From the IMG/VR virus record IMGVR_UViG_2703719347_000006, positions 1-42,800 of that record: 42,800 nt of DNA. One strand, written 5' to 3'. The position numbers were made by a program, and so were the translations under genes. Below are positions 37,929 through 42,800 of this stretch, piece after piece. Every line of letters begins with the position of its first letter. Position 1 is the stretch's first letter. The stretch is from a virus (Duplodnaviria > Heunggongvirae > Uroviricota > Caudoviricetes). The notes beneath the pieces are model-generated. The model saw nothing but the letters and a program-made list of their open reading frames with translations, was not told the DNA's origin and made no database searches.

Positions 37929-39788
37929 ATGAGTGAATACGATACCGGCAATCCTGTGCCGTCTGCATCCATGCCTGATGCATGGGATAATATGCAGTCT
38001 ATTGACAAGTTCGTTAATAGCAGTGATGAAACCATTACCACACGCACAGGCAAACAGTTAGATACTTTGCATGGCGTTAATGTTAAAGCGGACAACCAGC
38101 TAACGCAGCAGCAAGCAGATTTTGAAACATCGCAAGAAGAAAGGGATGCTGTAGTTGAGGAAACCAGGCAAAACCTGATCCCTCTGAGCAAGCAATACAT
38201 GACGCTTGCTGATGCACAGGCAGATATTGCTAATATCCCTGCGGGAAGTGCCACTTATTACCGCAGCCCGGATGATAGCGCGCTGGCTATTGAGGTAATC
38301 AATAACGCCGGGACGTTACAACCTACCGGACGAAAAATGCCATCCATGGACAGCATCATTTCGGCTTTGGGTGTGTACTTCGACGGTAGCAACCCAGACC
38401 TGCTGATTGGCTTTAAAGACGTGGATAACAAAGTTTTCGCGGCATGGGACCTGTCGGGAAAATATATTGGGGATCTGGAGTATGCGTCATTTGATGAGAC
38501 GGGACGGATGATTGCAGATCTGGCAGTGCTGGGTGATATGCAGATAAGCCAGGCGTATCAGAACCCGGATGTAGCTATGTATATCCTCGATGATGATGGG
38601 CTTGTGCTGCTGGAGGTCCCATTCGTCGAGTCGCAGAGCGACGTCAACGAGGAAATAGAGGCAATCAATACCAGGCTGGATGTGTTTGTTCGTGATGACG
38701 GCATTTTAAAGTCGGAGTTTTACGGCCTCAATTTCATGTCGGAGACACGTCGCGCATTGATGATGGCAGAAGCTAAGGAGGGGCAATTTGTCATCAATAT
38801 CATTGGGAACTCGTGGGTAGCTAACGAGTGGAACCTTCCGCGTCGTTTAACTCAGGTCCTGCAAGACCGATTCGGTGATGCAGGCGCCGGATTTGCTGGT
38901 TACAACCGTAACTTTGCCCATCCAGGACGTGCATTTCTAGCGATTCAATCGGGAACGTGGACTGAGGAGACTGTTACGACACCTACAGCCACAAACTTCG
39001 GCCCGGCTGGCTCACAGGGGATCACCTCTACCGCAGGTGCCTCTATGGCATTCCAGTCTCTGACTGGTGATACCTCAGCGGCTATCTACCACAATGGCAG
39101 CTCCAGCGTCAGCCCTGTAATCAAAATCAAGTACAAGGACAATGTCACGGGCGACCAGACTGCTGAAACACAGGTTACCCTTTCTGGTACGGGTGTAGTC
39201 AGAACTGAGTTGCCCGTACCGCCTGTGACAGGAAACTGGACGGCTACGCTGACGCTCGTTTCAGGAACACTGGCGTTCTGTGGCATCGAGCTGAAAAAAA
39301 GTACCCCGGGTGTTCGTGTCAATAAATTAGGTACTGGCGGCTCTACCTGGCGGCAATGGACAACCCTGAACCGTGCCGGGTGGGTGCAGGGCATCACGCC
39401 GCTGGCGGCAAACCTGAATATCCTGCTGGAGTCCGTCAACGGCGCGTACAGCTACGATGCCGACTACGAGGCGACCTATACAACGGAAATGGCATCACGC
39501 GTGAGGTCAGCCTCTGCCTTCAGCGACGTTCTGGTTATCTCGCCACCACAAACACTGGGCACACCAACCTACTCGTTACGCGACTTCGCATACAAGCTGA
39601 GAGGTATCGCTGGCTCTATTCAGGCAGGGCATATCGATCTGCAACAGGTTTTCGGACAAAACATCGCAGAGTATACGGACAATGGGAAGCGCTACATCCT
39701 GTCATCAGATGTAAACCATCCAACATATCCCGCCGGGCAATGCGTTATTACTGAAACTGTACTCCGCGCCATCCTTTCTGCTTTTTAA
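37929..39788 (+). CDS. Tailspike/tail fibre with C-terminal SGNH-hydrolase-like (esterase) domain
   Basis: 619-aa ORF; block-I-like INIIGNSW and block-V-like DVNHPTY (D-x-x-H) near the C-terminus. Confidence 0.5.
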   Translation: MSEYDTGNPVPSASMPDAWDNMQSIDKFVNSSDETITTRTGKQLDTLHGVNVKADNQLTQQQADFETSQEERDAVVEETRQNLIPLSKQYMTLADAQADIANIPAGSATYYRSPDDSALAIEVINNAGTLQPTGRKMPSMDSIISALGVYFDGSNPDLLIGFKDVDNKVFAAWDLSGKYIGDLEYASFDETGRMIADLAVLGDMQISQAYQNPDVAMYILDDDGLVLLEVPFVESQSDVNEEIEAINTRLDVFVRDDGILKSEFYGLNFMSETRRALMMAEAKEGQFVINIIGNSWVANEWNLPRRLTQVLQDRFGDAGAGFAGYNRNFAHPGRAFLAIQSGTWTEETVTTPTATNFGPAGSQGITSTAGASMAFQSLTGDTSAAIYHNGSSSVSPVIKIKYKDNVTGDQTAETQVTLSGTGVVRTELPVPPVTGNWTATLTLVSGTLAFCGIELKKSTPGVRVNKLGTGGSTWRQWTTLNRAGWVQGITPLAANLNILLESVNGAYSYDADYEATYTTEMASRVRSASAFSDVLVISPPQTLGTPTYSLRDFAYKLRGIAGSIQAGHIDLQQVFGQNIAEYTDNGKRYILSSDVNHPTYPAGQCVITETVLRAILSAF

Positions 39789-39797
39789 GGTACTTTT

Positions 39798-40697
39798 ATG
39801 ACAACTATTTTTCAGGCACCAGTTCCAAGCAATAACCCAGCGCTGCAGTATGCGGTGCCAGATAACCTCTTGAAAGGGTACGGGACGAAAGAGGGGACTA
39901 CTGATGGGGTATATCTGTTCCGCCTCGATGACAAACGATCGTTTCCTCTACAGGCCGCGCCGACGAGCAATGCTGAAGGCGCAATCGTGAATCTGGCTGA
40001 TAGTGTTAGCGCGCAGGCATCCCTTGGTGGCGACGTGTCTGCATTCGTGTGGAACGGAACACGTAAATCACTGGCGATGAACAGTAAAAGCGCACCGTGT
40101 TACCTGCAGAGCGCCAGTAACTTTATGGCCCGATTTGATGCCACCACCCACCCGTCGAAACTCCAGTATTTTGCGCTTGGAATGTACGTGCGTATTCCGT
40201 CAGCTGATGATTTTGTCGCGGTCAGTACCAACTACTCAGGTATCTGCGGGACGGCGGAATCCCTGACACCGGCAAACGAGTTTGGCGGAATTGCTTTCAC
40301 TAACGTTAACGGCACAAAGGCGATCAATGCCATTCGCGGGACTGACGGCGGCGCGCTGCGCACAGTAGCTGTCCCGGCGACTAATTTCCTCGGCAAAGTG
40401 TGCCTGGTCGTCGTCTACCGGGACGCCGCAGGGATGCACCTCTATGTCGAGGCAACCGACGGGACAAAGGCTTCTGCGATGACCGCGATTGCGAATGTCC
40501 CTGTTTTGACAACGACCATGACCAGCCGGAGCCTGAAATTCGGCGTTACTGGTTTTTACTCCGGTAGCCTCGTCTATAAACATGAGTTTTTTGGCGGCTG
40601 GTTAATCGACCTGGAAACTATCACCGTTTCTGATATCCCTGCGTTTGCATCTGCCGACCTGGCCAGACAGATCGCCAGAGGGTGGATGACAAGCTAA
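39798..40697 (+). CDS. Hypothetical protein (299 aa) downstream of tailspike
   Basis: ORF 10 nt after the tailspike stop; no motif recognised. Confidence 0.4.
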   Translation: MTTIFQAPVPSNNPALQYAVPDNLLKGYGTKEGTTDGVYLFRLDDKRSFPLQAAPTSNAEGAIVNLADSVSAQASLGGDVSAFVWNGTRKSLAMNSKSAPCYLQSASNFMARFDATTHPSKLQYFALGMYVRIPSADDFVAVSTNYSGICGTAESLTPANEFGGIAFTNVNGTKAINAIRGTDGGALRTVAVPATNFLGKVCLVVVYRDAAGMHLYVEATDGTKASAMTAIANVPVLTTTMTSRSLKFGVTGFYSGSLVYKHEFFGGWLIDLETITVSDIPAFASADLARQIARGWMTS

Positions 40698-40777
40698 AAA
40701 CCATTGTGTGTTAATTTGTTGTCTGCCTGAAATGATTTTATCTGTCAGCCAACTATTGATCTGCCACTCACTTAAAA

Positions 40778-40797
40778 CTACTGTATATAAAAACAGT
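40778..40797. promoter_or_regulatory. LexA (SOS) box
   Basis: TACTGTATATAAAAACAGTA: CTGT-N8-ACAG with AT-rich spacer, 20 nt upstream of the 79-aa ORF. Confidence 0.7.
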
Positions 40798-40816
40798 ATT
40801 TATCGGAGGGCAGATC

Positions 40817-41056
40817 ATGCTTAGGCAGTCAGACATCGCCGCGGCTTTCCGCGAGTCCATTTTGCGCAGTTCCAAGGGGTTCCAGTACCTTCACACCCGC
40901 GACTTCGTTACTGCGCTTCGCCGGCGCGGCATTCATTTTACCGAGGTGGAGGCTAACGCCTGGATCGCTCGCGAGCAGACGTATTTTGTCGATAAGACGC
41001 CTGACCATAGCGAAAACAGGCTGTGGATGATGGCCAACATGGGGAGGGTGATCTAA
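40817..41056 (+). CDS. SOS-regulated hypothetical protein (79 aa)
   Basis: ATG 40817 with GGAGGG RBS just downstream of the LexA box; overlaps the next gene (TAATG). Confidence 0.45.
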   Translation: MLRQSDIAAAFRESILRSSKGFQYLHTRDFVTALRRRGIHFTEVEANAWIAREQTYFVDKTPDHSENRLWMMANMGRVI

Positions 41057-41373
41057 TGGGCTTTCCTTCGCCGGCGTCAGACTACGTTGAGCAGCGTCTG
41101 TCTGTTAACTCGATCTGCAATGTAGGCCCAAACACGCTAGTTTTCGAGCGTTCTGGTGGTTACGTTGTACTGGATATCTCCCTGAAGCCAAAGCAGGGTA
41201 GTCAGGTTCTGATCCAGCACGGCGGCGGGACGGAGCTTGCCACGCTGAGAGGGCGGTCGCTGATAACCGAAGATGGCGAAGCAATTGAAGGTGAGGCCTT
41301 GGATGATGTCACTGTCGCAGGCGTCGTGACGCACATCATTTGTGATGTGCGAAGCGATAGCCTGGCGGTTTAA
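41056..41373 (+). CDS. UmuD'-like protein (HumD-like, lacking the RecA-cleavage N-terminus)
   Basis: Starts MGFPSPASDYVEQR, aligning with UmuD from Gly25; catalytic Ser and Lys of UmuD appear replaced (SGGYV, ATLRGR). Confidence 0.65.
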   Translation: MGFPSPASDYVEQRLSVNSICNVGPNTLVFERSGGYVVLDISLKPKQGSQVLIQHGGGTELATLRGRSLITEDGEAIEGEALDDVTVAGVVTHIICDVRSDSLAV

Positions 41374-41547
41374 CAATGAAAGAGTGGTGCGCACCGTAAC
41401 TACAACAAGTATGTCCGCAGTTATGGTGCGATACCTTGCGGGTTGAGTAAACGGCCAGTGTTCATTTCTGGATATCTGCTCGCAGATCTTGGCATCTAAG
41501 GAGGTAGCGCAGATGGAACCTGACCCTGGAAGAGTTCGCGTAATGGC

Positions 41548-41820
41548 TTACTGGACTGCACGACCATCGATGTAATCAGCCCACCACTGCATCATCTACC
41601 TGCGCTTATCGAGATACTGAGCATGGTTGTAAATCCCGCGCACAGATCCGCCGTTGGCATGTGCCAGTTGCACTTCAATGGCGTCGGCAGGCCATTCGTG
41701 CTCGTTCATAATCGTGCTGAATTCATGCCTGAATCCGTGACCGCTTTCCAGACCTTCATAGCCGATTTGTTTGATCACAAGCAATACCGCGTTCTCGCAG
41801 ATTGGCTTCTTCTTATCGTT
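41548..41820 (-). pseudogene. Integrase remnant (C-terminal catalytic region only, with in-frame TAG)
   Basis: HGFRHEF...LAHANGGSVRGIYNHAQYLDKRR then TAG (41598-41596), then in-frame MMQWWADYIDGRAVQ to TAA (41550-41548); homology begins abruptly near 41820. Confidence 0.6.
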
Positions 41821-42300
41821 GAGCCAATTAGCGGCGTTTATTTCAGCTGGGACACTGACGGGCTCGGATATGACCAGGGCATCTGGCAAGGGCCATATGA
41901 TCCTGATTCTGGCTATACGACGCTAAGCGATGAGACGTACCGCATCATTCTGAAAGCGAAGATTGCGATTAATAACTGGGACGGGCGGAACGACTCGCTG
42001 CCACCAATTCTGGACGCTGCAACTGCTGGCTCTGGCCTGAAGATGCAGATCGTCGACAACCAGGACATGACGATATCGGTCTGGGTGTTCCCTGAGACTG
42101 ATATTTCTGATGTGTCTCTCGAACTGATCGCCGCTATCAAACAGGGCTATCTCACCGTTAAATCAGCTGGCGTATGGGCCGGTGATGTTGAAACGCCTTC
42201 GGTAGAAACACCGTCAGAAGGCTCTAAATTCTTTGGGTTTGATATGGATAACGAATACATCGGCGGGTTCGATGTTGGAGCATGGGGGACAATACTCTAA
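41623..42300 (+). pseudogene. 5'-truncated paralog of the gpI-like gene, fused to unrelated upstream sequence
   Basis: Residues from about 68 onward (GVYFSWDTDGLGYDQGIWQGPYDP...) parallel 36763-37536; the first ~67 codons are antisense to the integrase remnant. Confidence 0.45.
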
Positions 42301-42800
42301 TGGCAATAAACAACTTTAAACCTTTCGCGCTTGATCCGAACGCTAACGTCACCTCACAAGCTGACTGGGAAGCACTTCCGGCTCTGCTTTCAGGGTTTAC
42401 GGCAGGTAAAGCATCCAGCGCACAGGTCAACAAAGCTATTCGGCAAGCCAGCTTTATCGCGGCAGCGTTGGCGCAGTACACCGCCAACAAAAGCGGGCTG
42501 GATGTGCTTGATGATGGAGACCTGAACGGGTTTATATCCAAAATGGGGACCGCTTTCGGGAAGGATTTCCAGGCCCTTGATGCCACGCTGACGGCATTAG
42601 CTGGGCTGGAAACCGGTGCAAATAAACTCCCGTATTTCACTGGAAATGATACAGCTGCGCAGACTGATTTGACTTCTGTTGGCCGTGACATTATCGGGAA
42701 AAAGACTATTGCTGACATTCTCACATACCTTGGTTTGGGAGAAACGATAAATAAAGCCTCCGGAGCTATGCAGAAATCGGCTAATGGATCTGATATTTCT
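42300..42800 (+). CDS. Tail fibre protein, N-terminal part (runs off the window)
   Basis: Frame open from ATG 42300 to the window end; N-terminus MAINNFKPFALDPNANVTSQADWEALPALLSG. Confidence 0.55.
   Translation, partial: MAINNFKPFALDPNANVTSQADWEALPALLSGFTAGKASSAQVNKAIRQASFIAAALAQYTANKSGLDVLDDGDLNGFISKMGTAFGKDFQALDATLTALAGLETGANKLPYFTGNDTAAQTDLTSVGRDIIGKKTIADILTYLGLGETINKASGAMQKSANGSDIS

Larger units (their letters stand above)
1..42800. mobile_element. Prophage region: lambdoid mosaic prophage plus flanking integrase-led module on the left and a degraded second phage remnant on the right; both ends run out of the window
   Basis: Contiguous phage gene order int/xis, early-left recombination genes, N-cI-cro-cII immunity, O/helicase, nin, Q, lysis, terminase, portal, head, tail, fibre; no host housekeeping genes recognised. 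Confidence 0.8.

Noticed and set aside
1-42800. CRISPR arrays, insertion sequences or transposase genes
   Set aside because: No regularly spaced short direct repeats and no transposase-like ORFs were seen; the only recombinases are the integrase and the integrase remnant.

Overview
This window is a lambdoid prophage with a mosaic architecture, read here from the translated ORFs and the raw sequence only (no database search was possible; family names are from memory and motif reading). Left to right: (i) 1-4403, a leftward integrase-led module (P4-type tyrosine integrase, a translationally coupled acidic 248-aa ORF, AlpA-like and HTH regulators, a HUH rolling-circle Rep-like protein) that looks more like an integrative satellite/island than lambdoid early genes; (ii) 4656-8173, leftward early operon (xis-like, SSB, ssDNA-annealing recombinase, Kil-/cIII-like small genes, a 207-aa unknown, lambda-like N with nutL); (iii) immunity region with cI (lambda-like C-terminal domain, different DNA-binding domain), cro, nutR and cII, and, in the position where lambda carries rexA/rexB, a single 348-aa membrane protein co-transcribed with cI; (iv) P22-like replication genes (O with ori iterons, DnaB-like helicase), lambda-like nin region and a Q-like antiterminator; (v) two tRNA genes, then lambda-like lysis cassette S-R-Rz/Rz1; (vi) terminase, portal, head genes and a contractile-tail/baseplate module with a frameshifted tail chaperone and tape measure; (vii) a rearranged tail-fibre locus with a truncated fibre remnant, an SGNH-like tailspike, a LexA-box-controlled HumD/UmuD'-like module, a truncated integrase pseudogene and a partial duplicate of the gpI-like/fibre junction. 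The best candidates for an undescribed system are the 348-aa cI-linked membrane protein (8576-9622), the integrase-coupled 248-aa ORF (2369-3115) and a promoter-gene-terminator moron inside the baseplate cluster (33777-34442).
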